A stretch of 64,000 bases of DNA, from assembly GCA_038204425.1 (NCBI GenBank), contig JBBRCZ010000002.1, positions 32,001-96,000 of the forward strand, read 5' to 3'. This document shows, piece after piece, positions 45,255 through 55,533 of this stretch. Below the pieces are notes generated by a model. It worked only from the letters and a program-made list of their open reading frames with translations. It was not told the DNA's origin and made no database searches. Position 1 is the first letter of the stretch, and every line of letters begins with the position of its first letter. The translations under genes were made by a program, and so were the position numbers. Source of the stretch: Spirochaetia bacterium. Its GTDB lineage: Bacteria; Spirochaetota; Spirochaetia; DSM-27196; Salinispiraceae.

Positions 45255-47321
45255 ATGAATACAAAAATCATAAAGACAATAATAACTGTAGTACTTAGTC
45301 TTGGCGTGCTGGTGCCAATTTTTTCTCAACAATTGTCACAAGGTTTGTCAGCTCAGCAAGTCAGCCTAATCAAGGCAAGTGTTTTTGAAGTGGTAATTAA
45401 AAAGCCTTTTGACAATCCTTATACAGCTGATCTTAAAAAAAAGCAGGGCCGAGAGGCTCAGATCCGCCTTGACCCCTTGGTTTACGACCAAGAACTGGCT
45501 TGGGATTTGGTAGACTTTAAGACCAGAACCGATGAATATATTTCAGTCGGGACCGCCTTTGCGAGTGCTCAAAACCGTTACATAACAGCTGCTCACGTGC
45601 TTAATTTGGAGTCTGCCACCCAGTGGAATGACTACGCTATCCGGGACAGCCAAGGCAAAGTTTTTGTGATTGATCAGGTCAGTCGCTATTCAAATCATCG
45701 TGACTTTGTCGAATTTTCGGTTATTGGCCGCAGCGACAAGAATTTTTTGCCTTTTAATACCGAGTTTCAACTCAACAGTACCGTATTCGCAGTCGGCAAC
45801 GCTCTAGGTGAAGGAGTAGTTATCCGGGACGGACTTCTGACTTCCCAAACCAAAGAAGCAGAAAACGGAGAATGGGATTTTTTGCGCTTTTCGGCTGCGG
45901 CCTCGCCGGGCAATAGTGGGGGTCCCTTGCTCAACAACAAGGCAGAAGTAATTGGCATCGTATTGCGAAAAAGCGCCGACGAGAACCTCAACTTTGCCCT
46001 GCCAATTGCTGAGATGGAGGCCATCAAACCCAATATTGCAGCCTATCATCTGTTTACTCGTTACCGCCTCTTAGTAACTGATAGGGTGTTTGGGCCTTAT
46101 CGGGTAAACAAAGATTTTGGCCTGCCGCTCAATTATAGAGAACTTCGGAAGCAAATTTACAGTTACTATCAAGGCGAAAGCCGGGGCATAGTTAAAAAAG
46201 TTCTGGGGCAATATCAAGCTAATCTCTTTCCAAAAGGACGTGGTTCGCGCTCGTTGTTTCATCTCAATTCGAGCTTCTTTTATCCGGCTCTGGCAGGAGA
46301 GAACACCGCTGATGGCAACTGGGATGCCTTTACACCTAAAGATATTAAGTCTTCTTTGCTTGACGACAACGGACAAGTTCGCTACGGTTCTATCAGTAAC
46401 TTGGGCTCCTTTGCGTTTACCAAGCCAAACAAGCAGCCGCTTAAAGAGCTCCTGGATGACTCCGCGCTGTTTATGAAGCAGTTTTTAACCGCCTTTCCAT
46501 TAAACCGCAATTTTGCTGGTACCAATGTGCGCATCACCGACATGGGTGCTCCTCAGACTCGGGTTACCCACAAAGATGCTTTTAAGCGAACCTGGCTGCT
46601 TGAGACGTGGAACCTAGAGTTCCAAGACAACAAGTTATTGATGGCTTCTTTGCCCACGCCATTAGGCCGGGTTGGTATGTTCTTTCTTGGACCAAGTGGT
46701 GCGATGGATGCCGACTACCTGTCCGATCTCAAGATCTACCTTGACTTAGTCTTTTATAGCTACGGTGGCACTTTTGCCCAATGGCGAGAATTTTTGGCCT
46801 TAAAAGAATATCTACCAGCTTGTTTTGAAGGTTTTTCTATAGATTATAAAGCACAAGAGCGGGCGGTGATTGCAAGCCCCGCTTTTTCCGTAAACTACGG
46901 CAGTGATTTGCTCAAGATTTCTGACAACAGCTACTGCGTTGCCAGAGTTAATTACTTCCCCAAAGGCGACGATGTTGTTTGGGATATTCAAGCTCTTACC
47001 GTTTGGTCGGACAAAGACGAATCCAACTTTTTTAACGTGGTCAGACGTTACAGCCCAGAATCGACATTGCCTGATTCTTTTCGAGCCGAATGGAAGAAGT
47101 TGAGCAACGCATCCTATCCCTACAACAAAACTACATTTGTTGACAACGGTAATTCGTATATTACCCAAGTGCACCCCGACAGTAGGGACTTGATGAGCAA
47201 GGTGCGCTCACAAGATGTGATTTTCTATACGGTCATGTACGGAGATGAGGGCCAAGTTGATAGTTTGCGTATGGGAGAGGCTATGTCCAAAGTAGAAGCC
47301 GCCGTAAGCTTTAGACAATAG
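45255..47321 (+). CDS. Exported trypsin-like (S1) serine protease with large unknown C-terminal region
   Basis: Signal peptide; GTAF, ITAAHV, RDF, SPGNSGGPLLN. Confidence 0.82.
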   Translation: MNTKIIKTIITVVLSLGVLVPIFSQQLSQGLSAQQVSLIKASVFEVVIKKPFDNPYTADLKKKQGREAQIRLDPLVYDQELAWDLVDFKTRTDEYISVGTAFASAQNRYITAAHVLNLESATQWNDYAIRDSQGKVFVIDQVSRYSNHRDFVEFSVIGRSDKNFLPFNTEFQLNSTVFAVGNALGEGVVIRDGLLTSQTKEAENGEWDFLRFSAAASPGNSGGPLLNNKAEVIGIVLRKSADENLNFALPIAEMEAIKPNIAAYHLFTRYRLLVTDRVFGPYRVNKDFGLPLNYRELRKQIYSYYQGESRGIVKKVLGQYQANLFPKGRGSRSLFHLNSSFFYPALAGENTADGNWDAFTPKDIKSSLLDDNGQVRYGSISNLGSFAFTKPNKQPLKELLDDSALFMKQFLTAFPLNRNFAGTNVRITDMGAPQTRVTHKDAFKRTWLLETWNLEFQDNKLLMASLPTPLGRVGMFFLGPSGAMDADYLSDLKIYLDLVFYSYGGTFAQWREFLALKEYLPACFEGFSIDYKAQERAVIASPAFSVNYGSDLLKISDNSYCVARVNYFPKGDDVVWDIQALTVWSDKDESNFFNVVRRYSPESTLPDSFRAEWKKLSNASYPYNKTTFVDNGNSYITQVHPDSRDLMSKVRSQDVIFYTVMYGDEGQVDSLRMGEAMSKVEAAVSFRQ

Positions 47322-47376
47322 GTACCTGCGCGCTTAAGCATTGCCCCAGTCAATACGGCCTGCTATAATGCGCGAC

Positions 47377-47979
47377 ATGGAAACTGTACTCAATTATAGA
47401 CGGTCAACTGGCCGCTGGGCGCTGATACTGACCGTTCTTATCGCAGGTACGGCCGTATTGGTTCTGCAATCAGTTATTTTAGCCATTTTAGCACCGGCCG
47501 GTGTGGATCGTTTGCTCGCTTTGCAGCTTAGTTTTGATGGGGCAACCTTTAATGCGATCAAGACAGGCCTTTCTCAAGTGGGAATTGATGCCATAATGGC
47601 GCATTTCCCCTTTGACTTTGTCTTGATCTTCTTCTATGCGGCTGGGGGTTTTGCTCTCATGTCGCTGATTATGACTCCCAAACCGCGCGCTATGGACTCT
47701 TTGTCAGTGTTGCATCGCGTTAGCTTAATTCGCGCATTTAGGGGTTTGCGAAGAGTTCAGGGTTTACGCATTTTGCCCATCTTGGCGGCTCTTTGCGACA
47801 TCGTCGAGAACGTACTTGAGATTGGCCTGCTTAAAAACATTGTACCGGCTATGGATTCTACTGTTTTGCCAGCTACCTTGCTGTCAATTTCTAAATGGTC
47901 GTTTCTTGCGCTGGCTTGCATTGTAGGATTGGCCAGCATCTGGTACCGCATCAAACATCGCCATTTCGTTCGCAAATAA
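47377..47979 (+). CDS. Hypothetical membrane protein
   Basis: About four hydrophobic segments; DFVLIFFY and CDIVEN motifs; start taken at ATG 47377, 7 nt after TATAAT. Confidence 0.7.
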   Translation: METVLNYRRSTGRWALILTVLIAGTAVLVLQSVILAILAPAGVDRLLALQLSFDGATFNAIKTGLSQVGIDAIMAHFPFDFVLIFFYAAGGFALMSLIMTPKPRAMDSLSVLHRVSLIRAFRGLRRVQGLRILPILAALCDIVENVLEIGLLKNIVPAMDSTVLPATLLSISKWSFLALACIVGLASIWYRIKHRHFVRK

Positions 47980-48021
47980 TTCGCCTAGCACATTAGTCTA
48001 GGGCCCAACAAGGAGCATCTC

Positions 48022-49713
48022 ATGGCAGCACCCAGCAATGGTGAAGACAAAAAAATCATCTATTCAATGTACAAGGTCAGTAAGCACCACGGTACCAAGC
48101 AGGTTCTCAAAGACATAAGCTTGTCATATTTCTACGGCGCCAAAATAGGCGTGATTGGTTTAAACGGTTCGGGCAAGTCCAGCGTCTTACGTATTCTTGC
48201 CGGCGTCGACCAAGAGTTTATGGGCGAAACAACGCTCAGTCCAGGCTTTACGATTGGCTATTTAGAGCAAGAGCCCGTCTTAGCCGACGGAAAAACCGTC
48301 AGAGAAATTGTACAGGAGGGTGCGCAAGAAACGGTTGACCTTCTGGCAGAATTTGATCGCATCAATGAAAGCTTTGGTGACCCCGATGTGGACATGGACA
48401 AACTTCTTGAGCGACAAGGCAACGTGCAAGAAAAACTCGATGCTCTTGACGCTTGGGACCTCGACAGTCGCCTAGACCTGGCTATGGACGCTTTGCGTTG
48501 TCCACCTGCCGATCAAGTCGTTGATAACCTCTCAGGTGGTGAACGCCGCCGCGTGGCTCTGTGCCGACTTTTACTCAAGAAACCTGACATCTTGCTGCTC
48601 GATGAGCCAACCAACCACTTGGATGCCGAGTCTATCGCTTGGCTTGAGCGCCATTTGCAGCAATATGCCGGTACCATTATTGCCGTTACTCACGATAGAT
48701 ACTTTTTGGATAACGTAGCCGGCTGGATACTTGAGCTTGATAGAGGCGAAGGCATTCCATGGAAGGGCAACTATTCTGGCTGGCTTAAGCAAAAGCAAGA
48801 AAAGCTTCGCTCAGAAGAAAAGACGGAAAGCGAGCGCCAAAAAACTTTGCAAAGAGAGTTGGATTGGATCGGTATGAGTCCCAAGGGGCGCCACGCTAAG
48901 GCCAAGTCTCGTATCAGCAACTACGAAAAACTCTTGTCACAAGGTGGCGCCGATCGGCAAAAAGACCTCAATTTATTTATCCCCGCGGGCCCTCGCCTTG
49001 GCAACATAGTAATTGAGGCCGAAGCACTGCGCAAAGCCTATGGGGACAAACTTTTATACGAAAACCTTAACTTTCAACTACCACCCGGTGGCGTGGTTGG
49101 CATAATTGGCGCCAACGGAGCAGGTAAAACCACCCTGTTTAAGCTGATAACGGGTGCAGAAAGCCCAGACGGCGGTAGCATTCGCATTGGCGAAACCGTC
49201 AAGTTGGCCTATGTCGATCAACTTCGCGGCCAGCTTGATCCCAATAAGTCGGTTTGGGAGATGATTTCAGAAGGCAACGACATCATTAAGCTTGGTGGCC
49301 GTGATATCAACAGTCGCGCCTTTGTAAGTTGGTTTAACTTTAACGGTTCTGACCAGCAAAAAAAAGTCGGCGTGCTCTCAGGTGGCGAACGCAACCGTGT
49401 CAACTTGGCCATGATGGTAAAGTCTGGTGCCAACCTAATTCTACTCGACGAACCAACCAACGATCTTGACGTCAATACCATGCGTGCTTTGGAAGAGGCA
49501 CTTGATGAGTTTGCCGGCTGCGCGGTGGTAATCAGCCACGATAGGTGGTTCTTGGATCGCATCTGCACGCACATATTGGCCTTTGAAGGTGAGTCGCAAG
49601 TGGTATGGTTTGATGGCAACTATTCTGAATACGAAGAAGCGCGTCACAAGCGTCTAGGCTCAGATGCTGACAGGCCACACCGTTTGGTTTATAGAAACTT
49701 AACACGCGACTAG
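48022..49713 (+). CDS. ettA: Energy-dependent translational throttle protein EttA (ABC-F)
   Basis: ISLSYFYGAKIGVIGLNGSGKS, LAMDALRCPP, two ABC cassettes, FLDRICTHILAFEG. Confidence 0.97.
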   Translation: MAAPSNGEDKKIIYSMYKVSKHHGTKQVLKDISLSYFYGAKIGVIGLNGSGKSSVLRILAGVDQEFMGETTLSPGFTIGYLEQEPVLADGKTVREIVQEGAQETVDLLAEFDRINESFGDPDVDMDKLLERQGNVQEKLDALDAWDLDSRLDLAMDALRCPPADQVVDNLSGGERRRVALCRLLLKKPDILLLDEPTNHLDAESIAWLERHLQQYAGTIIAVTHDRYFLDNVAGWILELDRGEGIPWKGNYSGWLKQKQEKLRSEEKTESERQKTLQRELDWIGMSPKGRHAKAKSRISNYEKLLSQGGADRQKDLNLFIPAGPRLGNIVIEAEALRKAYGDKLLYENLNFQLPPGGVVGIIGANGAGKTTLFKLITGAESPDGGSIRIGETVKLAYVDQLRGQLDPNKSVWEMISEGNDIIKLGGRDINSRAFVSWFNFNGSDQQKKVGVLSGGERNRVNLAMMVKSGANLILLDEPTNDLDVNTMRALEEALDEFAGCAVVISHDRWFLDRICTHILAFEGESQVVWFDGNYSEYEEARHKRLGSDADRPHRLVYRNLTRD

Positions 49714-49760
49714 TTGCGCTTAACTGGAAGCTTATGGTCAAGCGTGCTATACTCGTTAAA

Positions 49761-49973
49761 ATGAACGAAGCTGCACGCTTAGACTATCTAGAATCCCAGT
49801 TTAGCCACCAACAAAAAACCATCGACGACCTCAGTTCGCAGGTCTTTGAGCAGCAGAAGTCGATAGCAAGTTTGGAAACTCAGGTGCGTCAATTGGTGCA
49901 GCGTGTCAAAGACCTTACGCTCGATGACGGTTCTCAAGCCATGAGTGCCAATCAAAGGCCACCGCACTATTAA
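49761..49973 (+). CDS. slyX: SlyX family protein
   Basis: RLDYLESQFSHQQKTIDDLS coiled coil, C-terminal RPPHY. Confidence 0.9.
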   Translation: MNEAARLDYLESQFSHQQKTIDDLSSQVFEQQKSIASLETQVRQLVQRVKDLTLDDGSQAMSANQRPPHY

Positions 49974-49975
49974 AG

Positions 49976-50404
49976 TCAGAGCGCAGCTGCCTGCTCTTTT
50001 TGCAGCAGGTGATTGTTCCATGCTTCAATAATCTCTGGGCACGGACCAGGCCTACCATTGACCAAGGTTGCGGCAATTACCTGAGCCACTATACATGTTT
50101 CTTGCTTTGGCAAGCGCACAATCTCTTGACTAAAGACAAAGCGCAGCCTGCCCATGGCCTGCATACTGGTGCGCACTTCAAAACGATCGCCCGAGCGCAA
50201 ACTGTTTTTGTAGTCTATTTCTATGCGCACCACTACTGGATCAACTCCACGTTGATGGAGCAGGTCAAAGTCGACGCCAATCTCTTTGATGCAGCTGTGG
50301 CGAGCGTGTTCAAGATAGTTCTGATAGACCGAATTGTTGACAATGCCTTGCAAGTCAAGCTCGTAATCGCGGACTTCCATTTCTAGATGATGAATATAGG
50401 ACAT
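49976..50404 (-). CDS. Acyl-CoA thioesterase (hotdog fold, YbgC/FadM-like)
   Basis: VRDYELDLQGIVNNSVYQNYLEHARH, IDYKNSLRSGD. Confidence 0.92.
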   Translation of the reverse strand: MSYIHHLEMEVRDYELDLQGIVNNSVYQNYLEHARHSCIKEIGVDFDLLHQRGVDPVVVRIEIDYKNSLRSGDRFEVRTSMQAMGRLRFVFSQEIVRLPKQETCIVAQVIAATLVNGRPGPCPEIIEAWNNHLLQKEQAAAL

Positions 50405-50420
50405 AACCCCATTATGCCTG

Positions 50421-52634
50421 TCAAACCAGCCGACAATCAAGCACCACAATCACAGTCTCCCAGTCACACGTTGCACCCGAAACCGACTCATGCAGAGCCT
50501 TGCCAAAACGTTCAAAGAGCTCCGTCCCCAGCGTTTGTACCATAAAGTTGCCATACGAATTGAGGCGGCTGGTACTGAGCCAGGCTTCCAATTGGGCTGG
50601 CACCATTCGACGCTTGCGCTGCAAAGTCATCTGTTCATGCCAGACCAACTTCCATCCTGATTTTGCCAGCTGATCACTTAAATTTTGCACACTAGCTTGA
50701 CTGGCACGAAAATCCTGCTCAGCACGGACAAGTTGCTCAAGCTCAAGCTCGCGCATGCTTGACCTCGACAATAGACTCACAAGGGAAGTCCCTGCGGCAT
50801 TGAGTGGCTCAGCCAGCACCATCTGACAAGAGCTATCACAGACCGTGGCCAGTCTGGCAACAAGCCCGTTTTCGTTGTGACTTGTTAGCGTTCGCCAGCC
50901 GGCAATGCGCTCTGGTTTGCCGTTGTTGAAGCTTAGCTCGCTTTCAACTGGGCAGCTTTGCCAGCTTGGGGCCTGATCTTTGAGAACCTGCGAAGCCAAA
51001 CGTGCTTGACCAAGTATATTGTCGGCGCGCTCAAGTTTGGCTTCACTGGCGACAAGATACAGAAATCCAGAGCTGACGGTTCGTAGGCCTTCACTGGCTA
51101 CGATCTCAAGATCCTCGCCGCAGACCACGAGTCTCTCATGACCCTGCAGGGCAAGTTTTTGAAAAACCGCGTCTCTGACTTGCAAAATCCAAGACTCCAT
51201 ATCTGCGTTACTACGGCGCAAAAAATAGTCAAGAGAGGCGTCTTTGGGTCCAGCCGAGCGCAGCTGTTCGTCCTGGAGCTCTTCATTGCTGGCCGCCAAG
51301 GCAAGTTGAACTTCGCGCCGCCTTGCAAGCTCAGTTTGTCGTTCGCCCTCCCAGCCAAGTGGCCCACTTTGATAGAAAACACGACCGCGCAAATAGTGGG
51401 GTAGGTACTCTTGGGCTACCCAGTGCTCTTGGTAAGCATGCGGGTAACGATATCCTTTGCCATGGCCGAGCCCGTCACCATCGCGGTTGCCGTCTTTTAG
51501 GGATAGTGGTACTTGGTGGGCTGTTTCTTTTTCCAGAGACTTAAGTGCATCAAAATAGCCCATCGTACTATTGCTTTTGGGGCATAAACACAAGTAAAGC
51601 GTGGCTTGGCTCAAAAAATACTGACCTTCGGGAAGTCCAACTCGGTCAAAGGCAGCAGCCGCCGATTCCACCTGAGCCAGAGCCTGGGGCTGGGCGAGCC
51701 CAACATCTTCTGAGGCGAGTATCATCAAGCGGCGCAGTATAAATCGAGGGCTTTCGCCGCCATTGACCATCCGTGCTAACCAGTAGAGGGCCGCATCTGG
51801 GTCGCTACCTCTGACACTCTTGATAAAGGCCGAGATGCTATCAAAGTGGTAGTCGCCATCTTTGTCATACAGCACTGCCTTGCGTTGGATGCTTTCCTCG
51901 GCGCTGGCCAAATCTACTACAATTGCTTGATCGTTTTTGGGTGGAAAACCGTCTGGGTTGGTTTCTACCGCCAACTCGATTGCGTTGAGCAAACTGCGCG
52001 CATCGCCTGATGCCGTTCTTACCAAATGCTTGAGGGCATCATGCTCGATGCTGACTCGATACTGCCCATAACCACGCCCTTTGTCGGCCAAGGCTTGAGC
52101 TGCAATTTTTTCCAAATCGTCTTCGCTCAAAGCCGTAAGTTGAAAAATACGACTGCGAGACACCAAGGCAGCATTCACCTCAAACCAAGGATTTTCGGTT
52201 GTAGCACCCACCAAAACAAAGGTTCCATTCTCAACCCAAGGCAGCAAGGCATCCTGCTGAGCTTTGTTCCAACGATGTACCTCGTCTACAAAAAGTATCG
52301 TGCGTCGTCCGTAAAGATCCTTCTGCTCACGGGCCTGAGCTATAGCCTCGCGGATCTCTGCCACACCTGCTAAGACGGCGTTGATGCTTAAAAACCCGCT
52401 GGTAGTAGAGTTGGCGATTACCCGCGCAAGGGTCGTTTTTCCGGTTCCAGGCGGACCCGACAAGATGATGCTGGTCAGTTGGTCGGCAGCAATTGCTCGG
52501 CGCAAGAGCCGCCCAGGTCCAAGAATATGGTCTTGACCAACATACTCGTCGATGGTTCGTGGACGCATGCGAGCGGCTAATGGTTGGTCATGTGCGGGGC
52601 TGGACTCAAAAAGTCCCTTGTCTGTGGATTTCAT
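50421..52634 (-). CDS. rarA: Replication-associated recombination protein RarA/MgsA with long C-terminal extension
   Basis: PLAARMRP, GPPGTGKTT, FVDEVHRWNKAQQD, GATTENP, SAFIKSVRGSDPDA, ASEDVGLA, GYRYPH; start uncertain (52634 or 52673). Confidence 0.9.
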   Translation of the reverse strand: MKSTDKGLFESSPAHDQPLAARMRPRTIDEYVGQDHILGPGRLLRRAIAADQLTSIILSGPPGTGKTTLARVIANSTTSGFLSINAVLAGVAEIREAIAQAREQKDLYGRRTILFVDEVHRWNKAQQDALLPWVENGTFVLVGATTENPWFEVNAALVSRSRIFQLTALSEDDLEKIAAQALADKGRGYGQYRVSIEHDALKHLVRTASGDARSLLNAIELAVETNPDGFPPKNDQAIVVDLASAEESIQRKAVLYDKDGDYHFDSISAFIKSVRGSDPDAALYWLARMVNGGESPRFILRRLMILASEDVGLAQPQALAQVESAAAAFDRVGLPEGQYFLSQATLYLCLCPKSNSTMGYFDALKSLEKETAHQVPLSLKDGNRDGDGLGHGKGYRYPHAYQEHWVAQEYLPHYLRGRVFYQSGPLGWEGERQTELARRREVQLALAASNEELQDEQLRSAGPKDASLDYFLRRSNADMESWILQVRDAVFQKLALQGHERLVVCGEDLEIVASEGLRTVSSGFLYLVASEAKLERADNILGQARLASQVLKDQAPSWQSCPVESELSFNNGKPERIAGWRTLTSHNENGLVARLATVCDSSCQMVLAEPLNAAGTSLVSLLSRSSMRELELEQLVRAEQDFRASQASVQNLSDQLAKSGWKLVWHEQMTLQRKRRMVPAQLEAWLSTSRLNSYGNFMVQTLGTELFERFGKALHESVSGATCDWETVIVVLDCRLV

Positions 52635-52697
52635 GCTGCTTGCAGTGTATTCTCCAAGGCTTGCCTGAGACAAGACTTATGACTAAGCTCTTGTCTT

Positions 52698-53015
52698 ATG
52701 AAAAAAGAAACAATTTATAGCTCTGCAATGGCGCTGCAATGTTTACCCTTGTCAGGTGGCGATCAAGCCCATGCGCATGGATTGGTTGATAAAGCGATAG
52801 AAGTATTGGATCAGTCAGGTTTGGCATATACTGTTGGGCCATTTGAAACAGTAGTAGAAGGTCCGCTGGAAGAACTCTTTGCCTGCGCGGCCAAGGCGCA
52901 CCAAGCCATAATAGATGCGGGAAGTCCAGTGGCAAGTTACATTAAGATATTTTCTTCACAAGAGCTGGCGTCGAGTCAGCAAAAAACTGCCAAATTTCGC
53001 GCTCAAGGACATTAA
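52698..53015 (+). CDS. Thiamine-binding protein family (MTH1187/YkoF-like)
   Basis: LQCLP, VDKAIEVLDQSGLAYTVGPFETVVEG. Confidence 0.85.
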   Translation: MKKETIYSSAMALQCLPLSGGDQAHAHGLVDKAIEVLDQSGLAYTVGPFETVVEGPLEELFACAAKAHQAIIDAGSPVASYIKIFSSQELASSQQKTAKFRAQGH

Positions 53016-53028
53016 AAGTCATGCACAG

Positions 53029-53064
53029 TATGTTAGAATTGCATTATGTTAGAATTGTATTATG
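53029..53064 (+). repeat. 16-bp tandem duplication of an extended -10 element, ending in the start codon
   Basis: TATGTTAGAATTGCAT TATGTTAGAATTGTAT TATG. Confidence 0.8.
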
Positions 53065-54249
53065 ACTGATGCTAATTCCTCGCACGAACGTATACTTTTC
53101 TTGTACTTGCCGACCGGCGGTGGTCATTTGTCGACTGCGCGAGCTTTGGCCCGCGAAGTAGAAAACAACTATTCGCCGGATCAAGTAACGGCCTATGTGC
53201 TAGATGGAATGGAAAACAATTCTCCAGAACTGCGTGCTTTTGTAGAAAAGGGCTACACCTACGTCTCGGTCAAGATACCATTTCTTTGGAAGATCCTGTG
53301 GAAAACCTCAAACTCAAATGCCATCATGCGCTTACAAACTGATTTGATGCGTAGCACAACCACTGGTTTTTTGGCCCAGTTTATAGAAGAGAATAAGATT
53401 ACTCGGATAGTTATTTTGCACTTTCTCTTGTACCGGCCGGTGGTCTCTGCGCTCAAGCGCTTGGGCAAAGTCGATTTGCCGTTGGTAACGGTAGTTACCG
53501 ACCCGTTTAGCTTGCATCCCATTTGGAGTTTTCAACAAGAACACCCGATGCTGGTTTTTAGTGAAAAAGCACGCCTTACCTTGGAAAAACAACTAAACAA
53601 GCCACGAGCTCTTTTTTCTAAAAAAGACAATGATCCTCCTATGCTCAAGATTGTAGAACCCATTATTGATTCTCGATTCTCGACGCCTCTCAGCGAGGCT
53701 CAAAACCAACAAAATCGTAGCGACCAAGGCTTCGCCACAGACAAAAAGTTGGTATTGCTGGCTGGTGGTGGCGATGGCCTACCTAGAGGGCTGCAAGTCC
53801 TGCGTAAACTAGCCGCAAGTGCTGACGATTTTCAGATAGCTATGGTTTGTGGCAAGAACAAAGCCCAGTTTCAAAAAGCCTTGGCGATTAAGGAAAAATA
53901 CCCTCACAAAAACATCAAAATCTACGGCTTTGTTCGCATTATGTACGAACTAATGAACATGGCCGATGTGGTGGTAGCCAAAGGTGGCCCAGCAACCATT
54001 TTTGAAGTCTTGTCGCTGCGTAAGCCACTCTTTATCGCGAGCTACTTCTACGGCCAAGAGCAGGGGAATGTGGACTTTGTGGTTGAGAACGGCCTTGGAT
54101 GGTACGATTCTTCGGCGACAAGACTTGCGCAAAGTATAGTGCACCTGCTCAAACATCCCTTGCTTTTTCAGGAAGTCTCCGAACGCCTTAGCAAACAAGT
54201 GATTGGCAATGGAACAGCTGAAGTTATTAGGCAGGTTCTCAAACTCTAA
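53062..54249 (+). CDS. MGDG synthase / diacylglycerol glycosyltransferase family
   Basis: TGGGHLSTARA, TVVTD..HPIW, LAGGGDG, VCGKN, GFV, AKGGPAT, GQEQGN. Confidence 0.88.
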   Translation: MTDANSSHERILFLYLPTGGGHLSTARALAREVENNYSPDQVTAYVLDGMENNSPELRAFVEKGYTYVSVKIPFLWKILWKTSNSNAIMRLQTDLMRSTTTGFLAQFIEENKITRIVILHFLLYRPVVSALKRLGKVDLPLVTVVTDPFSLHPIWSFQQEHPMLVFSEKARLTLEKQLNKPRALFSKKDNDPPMLKIVEPIIDSRFSTPLSEAQNQQNRSDQGFATDKKLVLLAGGGDGLPRGLQVLRKLAASADDFQIAMVCGKNKAQFQKALAIKEKYPHKNIKIYGFVRIMYELMNMADVVVAKGGPATIFEVLSLRKPLFIASYFYGQEQGNVDFVVENGLGWYDSSATRLAQSIVHLLKHPLLFQEVSERLSKQVIGNGTAEVIRQVLKL

Positions 54250-54250
54250 A

Positions 54251-55471
54251 ATGTCCGAAACTCCAACACTAGCTGTCGTAAGGCTTAGCGCCGGACGTGA
54301 AAAAATGATCCTCAACTATCACCCTTGGGTCTTCTCTGGCGCTTTGGATCAGTCGTCTGGCAAAGCAGCCGCGCCGCCAGCAGGTACGGTGAGGCTTGAG
54401 GATCACCAAGGTTCATTTTTGGCCTGGGCTCAACACAACCCACAATCAAAAATTAGACTCAGAATCTATTCCTTGCTTCAGGATCAGTTTCCCAACCGAG
54501 ACTGGCTCAAATCCCAAGTTGCCACAGCTTGGCGACTGCGGCAGCAGGTTTGCGCCTCCACCAATGCTTATCGCTTGGTTTTTGCCGAATCAGATGGCAT
54601 ACCTGGCTTGGTTATCGATTGTTTTGGCGACTATTTGCTACTTCAAGTTGAAACAGCAGGAGCTCAAACCCTAGTTGAGGAATTGATCGCTTGCCTAGTA
54701 GAGCTGTCGCAAGAGTTTCTGCCAAGCCTCAAGGGAATCATAGAATCTTCTGATTCTGATGGACGAAGCCTTGAGGGCCTTAGTCCCCGCTACCAGCTAC
54801 ACTGGGGTAGGCAAGCTGATGCTGATTTGCAGATTAACGAATATAAGATACCGCTCGGACTTAGACTTGGGCAACAAAAGACGGGCTTTTACACCGACCA
54901 AAGAGAAAATCGCCACTTCGTAGCAAGTTTTGCCAGGGGCAAAAGCGTCCTCGATGCTTGTTGTTACTCTGGGGGATTTGCGGCTCATGCTTTGGGCGCC
55001 GGCGCAAGCCAGCTTACCTTGCTCGATTCCAGTCTTGCCGCCATTGAGCTCGCAAAGACCAATCTCGCCTTGCAGACCAGTCTCGATCACGTCAAGCGTG
55101 ACTTTATAGTGAGTGATGTCTTTAGCGGCTTACGAAGTCTTGTGACCCAAGGAAGCAGTTTTGGTCTGGTCGTGCTCGATCCACCCAAGTTGGCACCCAA
55201 CAAAGATAGTTTGCCGCGCGCTTTGCGTGCCTACAAAGATCTCAATCTACACGCCATCAAACTCGTTGAACCTGGCGGATATCTGGCAACTTTTTCTTGC
55301 AGCGGAGCAGTCAAAGACGACGACCTGCGACAAGTCATAGCCTTTGCGGCCAAAGACGCTGGCCGCCGGACCCAAGTACTTGCAAAATTGCAGCAAGGAC
55401 CTGATCATCCGAGCCCACTTGGCTTTGCCGAAAGCAGCTATCTCAAAGGATTTTTAGTGCGGATTCTCTAG
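54251..55471 (+). CDS. rlmI: 23S rRNA m5C methyltransferase, RlmI family
   Basis: HPWVFSGA, YRLVFAESDGIPGLVID, QKTGFYTDQRENR, YSGGF, VLDPP, FSCSG, YLKG. Confidence 0.88.
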   Translation: MSETPTLAVVRLSAGREKMILNYHPWVFSGALDQSSGKAAAPPAGTVRLEDHQGSFLAWAQHNPQSKIRLRIYSLLQDQFPNRDWLKSQVATAWRLRQQVCASTNAYRLVFAESDGIPGLVIDCFGDYLLLQVETAGAQTLVEELIACLVELSQEFLPSLKGIIESSDSDGRSLEGLSPRYQLHWGRQADADLQINEYKIPLGLRLGQQKTGFYTDQRENRHFVASFARGKSVLDACCYSGGFAAHALGAGASQLTLLDSSLAAIELAKTNLALQTSLDHVKRDFIVSDVFSGLRSLVTQGSSFGLVVLDPPKLAPNKDSLPRALRAYKDLNLHAIKLVEPGGYLATFSCSGAVKDDDLRQVIAFAAKDAGRRTQVLAKLQQGPDHPSPLGFAESSYLKGFLVRIL

Positions 55472-55533
55472 TTTTTTTGACTTATTCGAGTCAAAATTTT
55501 ACAAATTGTATGGTCTTGTTTTAGAATTACAAG

